The notes under the pieces: model-generated
Told to the model about the DNA's origin: nothing
The model's input: the letters and a program-made list of their open reading frames with translations, nothing else
Database searches by the model: none
Shown here: piece after piece, positions 1 to 12,261 of the stretch
How positions within the stretch are numbered: the stretch's first letter is position 1
Layout: each line of letters opens with the position of its first letter
Made by a program: the position numbers and the translations under genes
Assembly (NCBI RefSeq): GCF_001194135.2
Contig: NC_068990.1
Coordinates: 38,560,655-38,607,183, forward strand
Direction of reading: 5' to 3'
Length of the DNA: 46,529 nt
DNA from: Octopus bimaculoides
Taxonomy: Eukaryota

Positions 1-555
1 TATATATATATATATGGGTGTGTGTGTGTGTTTGTGTGTGTGAGGTCGTTTGTGTGTGTGAGGTGGTTGTGTATGTATATATGTTTGTTGACATATTAGT
101 GTTAGTATAGCGAAGCAATCAAAAAGACCCGCAGAAAAGTAAGATGATAGAACTGACAAACAATGAACATTAATAAGATAATTGCATACAGGGTGTATAA
201 ATATTTATCGACACTAAATATAATCTACTGACTACCAATATCAACTAATATCCGGGCAATTTCCAGTGAGGCTCTCTCATCTAGCTAATCAAAATGTCTG
301 GCCGGGCACTCAACTATTGAGTACAGTGATAGCAAGTCGTACGGAGATGTAAATGGTGTGGTGAAAATGAAGAATATTGAGTGAAGTGTAATGTGCTGCT
401 GGAGTGTGGTTGTTGTTGTTGTTTTTTTTATTTTTTAGTACTTTTGTAGTTATTTTCGATAGGTGGATAATGTGGAAATAGAAGTGGGGGAATACGTTGA
501 AGAAAGGGGAAAGGAGGTGAATAACGCTATCGACAACAAAATAGAAAAGGGAGAG

Positions 556-686
556 GTGGAGGTGGTTGTGTAGTAGGTGGAGGAGCTGAACGACGGGGGA
601 AGGTGGAAGAGGAGGAGGAGGAGGGGGAAGAGAAGAAGAAGCAGAGAAAAAGTAGAGAAGAAGAAGCAAAAGAAGAAGCAGAAGCA

Positions 687-733
<47 letters not shown>

Positions 734-800
734 AGAAGAAGAAGAAGAAGAAGAAGAAGAAGAAGAAATGTGGGGGTAAGTGCCACATGGAGTGAGGAAA
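556..800 (+). repeat. Polypurine tract centred on (GAA)n microsatellite
   Basis: Nearly pure GAA repeat ~688-767 within a G/A-rich stretch. It explains the poly-K, poly-L and poly-F ORFs at 310-1076. Confidence 0.95.
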
Positions 801-1031
801 AATATGTTGGGAAGCTGAAGTTGACGAATTCAAGCAGAGGCGAAGGAGAAAAAGAGAGATTGAAATTAGAAAGATGATATGTGTGTCAGAAAATGAAGAA
901 ATGCAAGTGAACAAGGAGAGAAATGAGGGTAAGGATTTGCGACTTGGAGAAAGGGGAAATAAATCAACAGTATTTAAGACGTATATGACTGTATGAAACT
1001 GTTCATTGCTGCTCTCAGCACTAATCATATA

Positions 1032-2524
1032 TAGGGGTTGGACAACATAATGGGAACACCCTAAAATTTCAAACAAATTTATTTTAATATGATGTAGGAC
1101 CGCCTTTGGTAGTAATTACAGCTTGAATTCTACGAGGTATGGACTCGTGCAAAATTTGAAGTTGTTGTTGACAAACAACAGCAGTAATTGTTTTCATCTC
1201 AATAAACGTCATTGATTGGTTGTAATTACCGAACTGCGACAACTTTAACTCGAAATAACTTCGAAAATACACAATTTTCTCAAAAACGCCAAGAGTAAAT
1301 GACGTTTTATGTGACACATTCTACCAGTATACGAATTTTGAAAGTGTTTAGTTACAAAAAAATTATTTTTTAAATGTGCCGGCCAAAGGGAATAGATCGT
1401 TGTTTCCAAAGGTATTTTTGTCCATTCTTCAGCTAAAACAGTCTCCAGTTCCTATAGTGATGATACTGGAGGATATCGACTCCTTACTTGTTTTTTTCTA
1501 AAATGTACCATAAATGTTCAATAATAATGAGATCTGGGGACCGTGATGGCCAAATAAGATGTTCAGCTGCACTCGAATGTTCCTCGTGTCATTCAGTAAC
1601 AACTTTAGTTGTGTGAATTGGTGCTTTATCATCCAGAAAGATTGCGTCTTCCTCCGGATACAGTTCCTCAACCATAGGATGAATTTGATCAGATAAAATG
1701 CTTAAACAGTCTTGACTATTAATTCTGCCATGAAGGGAAACCATTGGGCCATCAGCTTTCCAAGATATAGCCCGTCAGATCATTAGAGTTCATCCTCCAT
1801 GTTTAACATTTGGAAGAAGGCAGTCTCGGTCAAATGCTTCTTCTGGCTGTCTCCAGACGTATACTCGACCGGTGGTCGGGAATAAGGTAAACGATGACTC
1901 ATCCGAGAAAATAGCATTATTCCACTGCTCTAGGGACGAATTCTGTACGTTTTTAATCCACTCTAAACGCTTTGCAACGTTTGTTTTTGAAAGTAACGGT
2001 TTTCTGATTGCAGCCCTCCCGTAAAATCCGGCTTTGTGCAGCTCCCGGTGAACAGTTTTGTGGAAACTGGGGTCTCGAGATGGTCGTTAAGCTCTGAAGT
2101 AATTTTGGGGGCTGTACTTATGTGATCCTTTCTAACCATTCACATATGAGTTTGACGTTCCCTCTCTGAAAGTTTTGGTTTCCTCCGGAGTTTTGTTTTC
2201 GTCGAGGAGGTTTTACCCTCTTTCTCAAAGGTGTCATTTCTTTCGAGACAGTACTTCGTGATACACCAAACATTTCGGCTATTTTCTTTACGCTAGCGCC
2301 TCCCATACGAGTTTCAACAATTTGACCTCTTTGAAAATCTGATACATCATTATCTTTTTCTTTTGATATCGGAAAAGAAACAGCAATTTTTGCAAAACAT
2401 ATCAAGCAACACTAATAATAAATAAAAAAAACTTAAAAATAAAGAATTTTTTGCCGGTTTTATAGATATTTCAAAATTATGATGCTATAATGCTGGGTGT
2501 TTCCATTGTCTTGTCCAACCACGG
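1032..2524 (-). mobile_element. Decayed Tc1/mariner-superfamily DNA transposon, DD36E spacing (Incomer-like)
   Basis: Imperfect TIRs: (t)aggggttggacaacataatgggaacacc 1032-1060 and gggtgtttccattgtcttgtccaacc 2495-2520. Minus-strand transposase motifs: HTH DVSDFQRGQIVETRMGGASVKKIAEMFGVSRSTVSK (~2350-2240), IFSDESSF (1912-1889), IFLDDKAPIH...WPSRSPDLIIIEHLW (1642-1508), C-terminus ESIPRRIQAVITTKGGPTSY* (~1145-1084). Internal stops are present. Confidence 0.92.
1161..1399. mobile_element. Unidentified ~239 bp insertion nested in the Tc1 transposase
   Basis: Splits the expected EEWTKIPLET|(I)Q(N)LHESIPRR C-terminal segment. gttgtt occurs at both junctions (1161-1166 and 1399-1404), a possible TSD. 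Confidence 0.7.
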
Positions 2525-2996
2525 CAGCTCTCTCTCTCTCTTTCTCTCTCTTTATCTCTCTCTCTCACTCTCTCTCTCTCTCTCTATCACCCCCTGTGTG
2601 TGAGTGTATGTATGTGTCTCCCTTTGTTTAGCTATCTGTCGCTGTGTCCCTATAACTCTAACTGACATGTACGTAGAAACTCACGCACATTTGTATATAT
2701 ATGCACGTATATACTCAAACACTCTCACGCTCACGCACGCACGCACACACACACATATAAACACCCCACACACACGTACATGCACATGCATACATAACAT
2801 TGACGGCAACTTCAATGAAGTTACCCACAGTTTGCACGCTATATGCTTTGGAAAGTGAACAAATATGTATACATGTTACTGCTCCCTTCGCAAATTGTTC
2901 CCGGGTTAGTTGATCATTTTCCAAAAACGAAGTAGCTTTCGTTTTTCTGACCGTGAAGTAATTGCGTTTTAAACGAAACGCAACCCAACACTTACC

Positions 2997-3223
2997 GGCG
3001 AGCTGGCAGAAACGTTAGCACGCCGGGCGAAATGCTTAGCGGTATTTCGTCTGCCGCTACGTTCTGAGTTCAAATTCCGCCGAGGTCGACTTTGCCTTTC
3101 ATCCTTTCGGGGTCGATTAAATAAGTACCAGTTACGCACTGGGGTCGATATAATCGACTTAATCCGTTTGTCTGTGTTTGTTTGTCCCCTCTGTGTGTAG
3201 CCCCTTGTGGGTAGTAAAGAAAT
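2997..3223 (+). mobile_element. Full-length tRNA-derived SINE (octopus-type) with 10 bp TSD
   Basis: A-box-like GGCGAGCTGGCAGAA, B-box GAGTTCAAATTCC and central TAAATAAGTACCAGTTACGCACTGGGGTCGAT. Exact direct repeat AACACTTACC at 2987-2996 and 3224-3233. Confidence 0.9.
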
Positions 3224-3593
3224 AACACTTACCGAATTAAGCTAGTCTAATTTGCATAATGCTCAAATTGTATCCACAGGATCTACACACCATTGGTTTG
3301 ATACATACCTCTACATGAACTTCTAATAATATAATTCATGTAATAATTCATTATTCGTCTTGCTTCTGTCGGATGAGGTCTGATTAATAGGTGTCGAAAC
3401 CCTATTTTCAATTCAACTACATCCTGAATGTTTGTTTGAAAATTTGTGGTGTTTTATATATATTTAATCAGTAACCGTTTTGCACATAAATAACTTTATT
3501 TCTAATAGTTCTGCACCTCCTAAAATAGTCTTATTTATATAGATGAGTATACAATCATTCAAGAATGGTATATATCAGCACTGTGTACATAGT

Positions 3594-3976
3594 TGTGGAG
3601 ACGCAATGACCCAGTGGTTAGGGCAACGGACTCGCGTTCGTAGGATCATGGTTTCGATTCTCAGACCGAGAGTTGTGAGTGCTTATTGAGCGAAAATACC
3701 TAATGCTCCACGAGGCTCCGGCAGGGAGTGGTGGCGAACCCTGCTGTACTCTTTCACCACAACTTTCTATCACTCTTTCTTCCTGTTTCTGTTGTACCTG
3801 TATTTCAAAGGGCCAGCCTTGTCACACTCGACGTCACGCTGAATTTCTCCGAGAACTACGTTAAGGGTACGCGTGTCTGTGCAGTGCTCAGCCACTTGCA
3901 CGTTAATTTCAGGAGCATGCTGTTCCGTTGATTGGATCAACTCTAACCCTCGTTGTCGTAACCGACGGAGTGCCAC
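3594..3976 (+). mobile_element. tRNA-derived SINE, second family
   Basis: tRNA-like head (GCAATGACCCAGTGGTTAGGGC ... GGTTTCGATTCTC) followed by a body/tail ending CGTAACCGACGGAGTGCC, which I recognise as an octopus SINE. Confidence 0.75.
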
Positions 3977-4763
3977 GTATATAGATGTTTAGAGGCTATC
4001 GATACATAGTTTTAAAAGTAGTACCGATTGTGGTTTGGGGAGCAAAACCGGTTGAGAGCTGATTAATATCTCTATGTTACAGCTTTTCTACGACATTTTA
4101 TATATAGTAGCAGTACACTACCAAAATTATTTCTGATTTTAGTAATTATCTAAGTATTACAATTATGAACCACTATGGTTATGGTTATGATTATAATTTT
4201 TGGACCAATAATAATTATGTGTTTTTCTTTCCCCGCTACTTCATTAACGATTGGACATCTCTGTATTGTACTGTGCATATTTGCTCCAAATATGCTTACA
4301 TTGATTAGATTTATATTGTTATTGATTTATCAGTGATATTGCTTGATATTGATCAAGTTTATAATAAATTTGACTTGACTCTCTACATTTAGTATTTGGT
4401 CTCTTCGTAGTACTTATTGCGTGACTATGATTAAACTTGCTAAATTGCTTTAAAATAATAACCCTAAGTGTTTATATACGGACAGACGCGGAGAAATACA
4501 TACACGCGCACACACACGCACGCACACAGACAACCACACACACGCACGCACACAGACAACCACACACACATATCATTTGACAAACAAACTATTTATTAAC
4601 CAGAAAATAAACAAATACAAATGATTAACAATAAAGACGTGATATTGAACCAGTGCGTGTGTTATTTTGGCGTTGTGACCCTCCCAAGACACAACAAGTT
4701 CCATTTCAACACACGATTGCACGTCAAGGATCTTGCAAACAAAATACAAAAACGAAGTGTATA

Positions 4764-4917
4764 NNNNNNNNNNNNNNNNNNNNNNNNNNNNNNNNNNNNN
4801 NNNNNNNNNNNNNNNNNNNNNNNNNNNNNNNNNNNNNNNNNNNNNNNNNNNNNNNNNNNNNNNNNNNNNNNNNNNNNNNNNNNNNNNNNNNNNNNNNNNN
4901 NNNNNNNNNNNNNNNNN
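4764..4917. other. Assembly gap
   Basis: N run. The other gaps are 8057-8422, 13003-13012, 14624-14863, 34006-34015 and 40478-40691, all next to TA/TG microsatellites. They create the X-filled ORFs. Confidence 1.
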
Positions 4918-4925
4918 ATATATAT

Positions 4926-5394
4926 ATCTTATAGTAAAAATGGATACATAAGGGTGGAAAATCACAGGAATAATACCATATGTCCAACGAAAGATACAAT
5001 ATGTGTGTTCAATTCCTTCCAGAATCAATAAATGAATTTATAGTATTCAGTCTCTAAAGTGTCTAAAAGGTACGGTAAAAAGACAAACAAATACAACAAT
5101 AAAAACTTTAGAAATATCATGAATGTTCAAAATATTTACTAAAAAAATATTTATAAATATGCATGATTTCTAAGTTGTATAAAAATATTTTGAACATTCA
5201 TGATATTTCTAAAGTTTTTATTGTTGTATTTGTTTGTCTTTTTACCGTACCTTTTAGACACTTTAGAGACTGAATACTATAAATTCATTTATTGATTCTT
5301 GAAGGAATCGAACACACATATTGTATCTTGCGTTAGACATATGGTAATATTCCTGTGATTTTCCACCCTTATGTATCCTTTTTTACTATAAGAT
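4926..5394. repeat. Long inverted repeat (two 212 bp arms, 45 bp spacer)
   Basis: 4926-5137 is the reverse complement of 5183-5394 with 6 substitutions by my count (~97%). Confidence 0.97.
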
Positions 5395-6576
5395 GAATTC
5401 TAGCTCATGCTGAGCACTTCAACTCTAGCCCTTCTTTATGTATTGTTATATTAACAATACATAATTATACAAACATTACAGTTTATTTATATATATATAT
5501 ATATATATATAAGATAGAGAATGTGTGAGAGCGAAAGTGTTAATAGTGTCAACATATTGAAGTCTAGAGAGGTAAGATAGAACTGTGTGATCAATGCTAT
5601 TAAGTATTTGTTTGGATGAACTTGTTTGAGCATGCTTCTATGCAGGAATGTTTATGTGCGCGTTTGTGTGTGTGAAAGAGATAGCGACTGAGAGATACAG
5701 ACTTGCAATGCATAACAGAGTCCCGAGACTGTTATAATCATGACTAATACCATTGTAATCATATCACTTCTCGGTAACTCTACCTATGTTACCAATGTCA
5801 TCATCAGTTATACCATCAGCATCATCATTGTCATCATCAACTTAATCATTATAATCATCACCAGCATCATAACTATCACCACCATTTTCGAATTAACATG
5901 CTATATATACCCCCACAAAGTGAAGGTTTCTTCAATGGAAGCACCATTTCTACTCGTGCAGCCATAGATACAGTAATTACACATCTGTGCAAATTACAGT
6001 TTCAAGGTTTCTCTCTTGTGACCCAAATGTATTCAAGGCTAATTTTCAACATTATTTGAGACAGCATGCATCGACAATTCAGTTTACAATTCAGATAAAC
6101 AATGTTAATTCATCCGCCTGCAGTTATGATATGTAAATATCTCCTCGATAACAAAACAAGCATTTATCCATGAAGGACAAGACACTTTTAAATATAATCT
6201 TCTTAAACATTTATTAAACGCAACAACACAGAGAGTAATCTATTTAAGGACAACCTAATTCAACATCAGATTTCAAGATCTCAACGTTAGATCAAAATTG
6301 TAAATTATTTGAATGAATTTAAAAAGACTTGTCTTATGTCTCACTAATTTCATGTGAATGCATTAGATGCTAAATTTATCTATCCATACATCCATCCATT
6401 ATCCATACTTTCAAACGTTCATTCATCCATTTATATTTACATGGAAACATACATATATATACATATAGATGGATGTATATATAAACGTGTGCGCGTATAT
6501 GTGTATATATGTATGAATGTTTCGTGTATAATTTTATATGTGTGTGAATCAACATACAACGCATATACGTTAATAT

Positions 6577-6656
<80 letters not shown>

Positions 6657-7561
6657 CCATACATCTGTTATTCATATATAGTTATATACCTACATATACG
6701 TACTTATATACATTCATTTAGTTATCGAGCATCTTCAATACTGCGAAAAATGTAATACATCTCAAAGAAAAACTTGCATACATACATACATGCATACATA
6801 CATAGTCACAAACATACATATAAACATTCATGCATTCATAGCTATATACATGCGTGCACACATACGTTCATACATGCAGGCATATATGAACGCATAAATG
6901 TACTGGTATGTATGTACGCATGTTCATACATACATACAAACATACCCACATACATACTTACATACATACATACATACATACATATATACATACATGCATA
7001 CATACATACATATGAATAGATCGTTCGTTGAAGGACAAGAGATTTGACAAGATTACGGTTTGAGTCACATTTGGTTTTCAAATCATAAACTTGGTATTGG
7101 TGGCGAAAAGGATTAAATCGGAAAGAAGAAGAAAAAAACATGAAAGAAAACACGAACAGGAGAAAATGAACAAAGATAATTATAGATTTGGCAAAGACGG
7201 CATAATATTGGTCTAAATAATCTTTGAAGTTATAGAAATATCTTGTCTTCAGATATATGAATGATTTATATTGATAAGAACTTTCCTTGCATGCTTCAAT
7301 GAAGCCCTGTGTCAACATAGTTGTAGCTGATCAGTGCACTGCTAATCTCTCCTGGAATAAATTTTAATATGAAAATACCGAGTATAAAAGTTGACACACA
7401 AAACCTAAAACTAATCACACAGACATGTATCCTAGACGCACTAACATGCGCACACATAAAGATACACATAATTATATACATAAGTACAGTTAAGTATATA
7501 GATGCGTGTATGTATATACACATATAGATATATGTATATCTATGCACGTATGTGTGCATGT

Positions 7562-7603
<42 letters not shown>

Positions 7604-8607
7604 CAACTGACATATACATAGTATAACAATTTCAGAATCTGCATTTCTGCTTGCTGTGCAACGGGAATTTATCGGTAACCGTGCGCTGTTGCGGGAAAAT
7701 ATTTAGACATATATTCTGTTAAACGCAAACCCTTTAACCGAGACTTTTCAATGTAACGATTTGACAGGTTCTTTTATTTGCCACTCACAGAAAGATGGAA
7801 ACATATAAGTGCACGAATAAAAGCGTAAACGCACAGATACAAGTACAAACAAGCTCCTAGACATATACATAGTCAGATTTTATAGCTCATAGTACACGAA
7901 TTGGTTTTCGATTTTTTTTTTATCTACTACCGAATTATCTATTGTTATTCAGAATTTATTTCTGATTGAATTAACTGAATATCTAAATTTTAAACGTTAG
8001 AAATTTCTCAGGCTGCCAAACATCTTGTTGTTAATATATATATATATATCTATATANNNNNNNNNNNNNNNNNNNNNNNNNNNNNNNNNNNNNNNNNNNN
8101 NNNNNNNNNNNNNNNNNNNNNNNNNNNNNNNNNNNNNNNNNNNNNNNNNNNNNNNNNNNNNNNNNNNNNNNNNNNNNNNNNNNNNNNNNNNNNNNNNNNN
8201 NNNNNNNNNNNNNNNNNNNNNNNNNNNNNNNNNNNNNNNNNNNNNNNNNNNNNNNNNNNNNNNNNNNNNNNNNNNNNNNNNNNNNNNNNNNNNNNNNNNN
8301 NNNNNNNNNNNNNNNNNNNNNNNNNNNNNNNNNNNNNNNNNNNNNNNNNNNNNNNNNNNNNNNNNNNNNNNNNNNNNNNNNNNNNNNNNNNNNNNNNNNN
8401 NNNNNNNNNNNNNNNNNNNNNNCACATAGCTAGCTAGAGGCGATGGCTTCTTGGAGCTAATTCACGGCAGCTTTCGTCCTAATTTTGGGACTGCCATGTT
8501 GGCTTGGCGATAACTATTAATTTCCAGTACCGCTGCCGTAGTCTCCTTTAGAGAGAGATAGAAATATTAATAACTCTATATATATATATATATACATATA
8601 TGCTGAG

Positions 8608-8944
8608 CTGCTGAGACCCCCTTTGGTCATGACTGACCATGGGATTGCACCTAGAAAGTTACCCTCCCAGGCACAAGTCCAGGCAATGTTATTTATGGAA
8701 GACCAGCAGTCACCCATGCATACTGGCCTCCCCTCTCCATGCCACCAATGTTATCCAAGGGAAAAGGCAAAGGCAGATACAGTTTGGCACATTTGACATC
8801 GCAACTCATTTCTACAGCTGAGTGAAGTGGAGCAACGTGAAATAAAGTGTCTTGCTCAAGAACACAACACGCAGCCCAGTCCGGGATTCGAACTCACAAC
8901 CTCACGATCGTAAGCTCGACGCTCTAACCACTGAGCCATGCGCC
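8608..8944 (-). mobile_element. tRNA-derived CORE-type SINE
   Basis: Minus-strand head GGCGCATGGCTCAGTGGTTAGAGCGTCGAGCTTACGATCGTGAGGTTGTGAGTTCGAATCCC, then CORE-like TTGAGCAAGACACTTTATTTCAC and a LINE-like tail. Confidence 0.88.
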
Positions 8945-9018
8945 TTCACATATATATGCATATGTGTGAATGAGTGCGTGTGAATGTACGTGTTGTTGGT
9001 ATGAATGTATGCTTGTGC

Positions 9019-9099
<81 letters not shown>

Positions 9100-9139
9100 G
9101 TATCATGCATCTTCTTAATCCTATTTTCTTATTAAATCA

Positions 9140-11900
9140 TGACGTGTGAAAAGTGAAGAGGGAAGATCAAGTTCAAGAGATGATGTTGGAGAACGAATAG
9201 ATAAGTTAGAAATGGTTTTTAGACACTCAACGGATATACGAAATCCTTCAATATGCAATTCCCTTTCCTGTATTTAGTGATAGCATCAACACACATCAAA
9301 CAACAAATAACCAAATGCATCGTGCTACCGTGCTAAAATGATAAAGTATATTGGCTGCTTATTAATGCTTGCTTCATAAAGCAGCTAAGACTAAAACGAA
9401 TTTCATCTCAATGAAACAAGTAAACTAGAAATTATCAACATACAGGGGGCCATATGAATTCACTGAATGATGATATGTTAGAAATATTAGAAAACCTTTT
9501 ATTGTCTCCCCAGTTAACTGTCGATGAGAAAAGATATATAATTAAACGATCTTGAAATACTCTGATGTAAATTCGGTATCATGGCAATGTTGTATTTTTC
9601 ATTATGTTGACTAACTTTTATCTGACATCTTTTTACTTTCATTTCTTTTTTCAAGGACTAACTTCCTTATCGGCCGCATTTAGTTTTAAGGTTGTCTAAT
9701 ATGAAGATAGGTCTAATTATAGAATAAACAATTAGAAATGATGGTCGCTTTAGTAAGTGTACAAATCATGTGTTGAGTGTCGAATTGACAAAATGGCACT
9801 TGCATCATCTACACTATATGTTGTGACTCGATGACAGTGCTTCAAAGCCAAAGACGAAAATTAAGATAGAGTCTGGCAAATTAAGGTAACAGACCCAAAT
9901 AGCGTTCACGAGCAGGATGAATTAACTGGTATTGAAGAACAGGATCAGTGTGAACACTAAACCAACAACACAGCGAGTTGGCACATGGTGCATGCAATAA
10001 GAGATACTCAAAGATTCAGTGTACAAGTTATGGGACTACTGAGGCCGACCTTAAGTATGGGACGACTCGAATGACGACAGAAATATTCTAAAATAACGAT
10101 ATGACTGAACTGTGGATTTCCAGTGGCTGACCCTACAATGCCCAGTTATTCAACTCGTTCAAACGCCATCTCAGTGTAGACATGTGTTCGTTTGTCGAAT
10201 CCATCTGGTACGTGTTCAAGAATAGCATGAAGAGAAATTAAGAGAAACATGATCAGGCAATTTTCCAAGTGAACAGAAAATACAAAACCCCACAGTATTT
10301 CACATGAAAATATACTGAGTCTTCTGTCGTTGTTGCAAATCTGTAGTAACATTTTGCAAATTGTCAGCGCAGCTTTTCCCACATATCAACTTTTCGCTCA
10401 TCATATTAATATTGCTGTGAAATTCTGTAATGACAGAACAAGAACCAGATTAATATATTTCATGGATCACTGCACTGCGATCAATCCATTTTCAGAAGCT
10501 TTGTTTTATGCCGTTTTCCAAGACTCAGCTCTAGATTGACTTAGAGATAGCGAAAGAAACTAAGAGAAGAATGGAGTCTCTCAGCATTTTTAACGCTAGT
10601 TGTCGAGGTAGAGTGAATAGAATTGTTCCAATATGGTGGTATCTACATTCTGAGCCTGTTGTATATCTTATAAAGAGGTTACTATCGTTTGAATACACCA
10701 AGGCACATGATGTAGGTATCTTTACTGTTTCACGATTGTCTTTACTGTTTCACGATTGTCTTTACTGTTTCACGATTGTCCTCACACAGCAGTGTTTGTT
10801 AACAAATGCCTATTATTGGCACCAAACTATAGAAAATCTAAGGGTGCATATGTCCCAAGAACAGTGGATGACTTGTTTGATTCTTTACTGATGAACACTG
10901 ATAACAAGGAACCAAGACAGAATTCAAAGACTGCAAATTATCTTCAAATAGACTGTGCTGCTACGACTAATCATAAAATCCTGATTAGGTGGAGGCATTA
11001 TAAACAAACACTTATTTAAAATGATTGAAGAATATAAATTGACTAATATGGTGCTAAAAGGAAATATTACATGAACTTGAACGCAGCCGAGAGCGGTTTC
11101 TTAATACTAAACAAAGAGCAATATTTTATTATGCACCGAGATACTTGGAATTAGATCGTTTTATATTTAGTTTTATTGATGCACTAGACGGATCGAGGTA
11201 AGTCATATTCTACATAATTGATTATTTGGAATGTTAGGAACTAGGGGATACCTGATAATGTTGCGTTATCAGGTGTTGCAGCAAGAAAGTTGGGTGGGGA
11301 CAGGACACTACATTCACGATTCAGACACAAGTAAAATGTATAAAAATGTCGTGTGGAGCAGCAGTAAACAGTCCGATACTGAAAATAAGTTTCGAAATCA
11401 GAAGTATCTTCTATGGGATGAGTATTGCATGATTAAGAGCAAAGTCGTCGAAGCTGTACGCTGGATTGTTCGTGAAGTCTGTACCAAAAATGTAACCATT
11501 TCTGAGGTGATTTACACAGTTTCTCCATGAAAACGAAGAGCTGATCCTAATGTGAAGAATCCATGCATCCCAAAACGATATATACGAAGAAGCTTCATTA
11601 ACTGTCCATTGACCAAAACTATGTGATTAAGCGAAAAAGTGGATATATATTCCGGGTTCTTATTGAAAATAAAAGACGACAGAATTCAGAAAAATGAAAA
11701 TAGAGAAATCGAATTTCTTGAAGATTATAGATTTGCTTGCAATAACTTCAAAAAATAAAAAAATGACTTCATCTCTTTGACCTTTTACAATCAAGCAGAA
11801 CTAGTGTACGGGATAGGATTTCTGTCTCTTTCAGTGAAATGAGTAAATCAGTTCAACATGCATTGAACAAATCCTTGAAATCATCAAAGTATACTATTCA
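9140..11900 (+). mobile_element. Highly decayed Helitron RepHel coding region (Rep HUH nuclease + PIF1 helicase)
   Basis: Collinear plus-strand motifs across frameshifts: TQRIYEILQY (~9225), RYHGNVVFFIMLT (~9575), HUH-like ELTKWHLHHLHYML*L (9782-9829), GACNKRYSK, PYNAQLFNSFKRHLSVDMCSFVESIWYVFK (~10130-10220), HDQAIFQV..QYFT*KY, RTRLIYFMDHC..PFSEALFY, WHQTIE/PRTVDDLFDSLL, LNTKQRAIF, Walker A relic FIDALDGSR* (11173-11202), VALSGVAARKLGGDRTLHSRF (11260-11320), SKQSD..KYLLWDEYCM..VEAV (11363-11460), LTKTM*L. Boundaries are approximate. Confidence 0.85.
10721..10780 (+). repeat. Three exact tandem copies of a 20-mer (TTTACTGTTTCACGATTGTC)
   Basis: Read directly from the sequence. Confidence 0.98.
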
Positions 11901-12211
11901 AAGAGGACTTTTCGTCCTCAAGGATTTGCAACGAATCGTGAATGATCGTGCACTGACAGTGCAGGTAACTTATCGTTGCTGGCACAACGATTAAAGTATT
12001 CAGATATACATTTTCAGGATTCAAGGAATGACGCTCTATAAGGTCACACGGTCAGAATAGCGTGTTCTTGATACAAGCATATCTTGTGATGACCATACAT
12101 GCAAAGCAAGTATAAACCATGAAGAATGTATAAATTTATGTATGAAGGTTTGTTCGTGTGTACATGTTTGTTTGAAGAAATACATAATTTTGTAAACAAT
12201 GAATAAGTATA

Positions 12212-12261
<50 letters not shown>

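Noticed and set aside
310-1076. Long ORFs (158 aa, 208 aa, 72 aa) with poly-L, poly-F and poly-K
   Set aside because: They are translations of the GAA/polypurine repeat, with no domain or splice support.
3365-3405. Hammerhead-like CGGATGA...GAAAC
   Set aside because: U4 is mutated, stem II is weak, and there is no NUH triplet or stem I. At best a very decayed relic, so not called as a feature.
4573-5031. ORFs containing X runs here and at 8.0-8.4, 14.4-14.9 and 40.2-40.8 kb
   Set aside because: They are open only because they cross N gaps and TA/TG microsatellites.
10571-11019. Initially read as an I/Nimb LINE C-terminal zinc-finger region (CPH...CLLL)
   Set aside because: Collinear upstream and downstream motifs fit the Helitron Rep-helicase linker much better.
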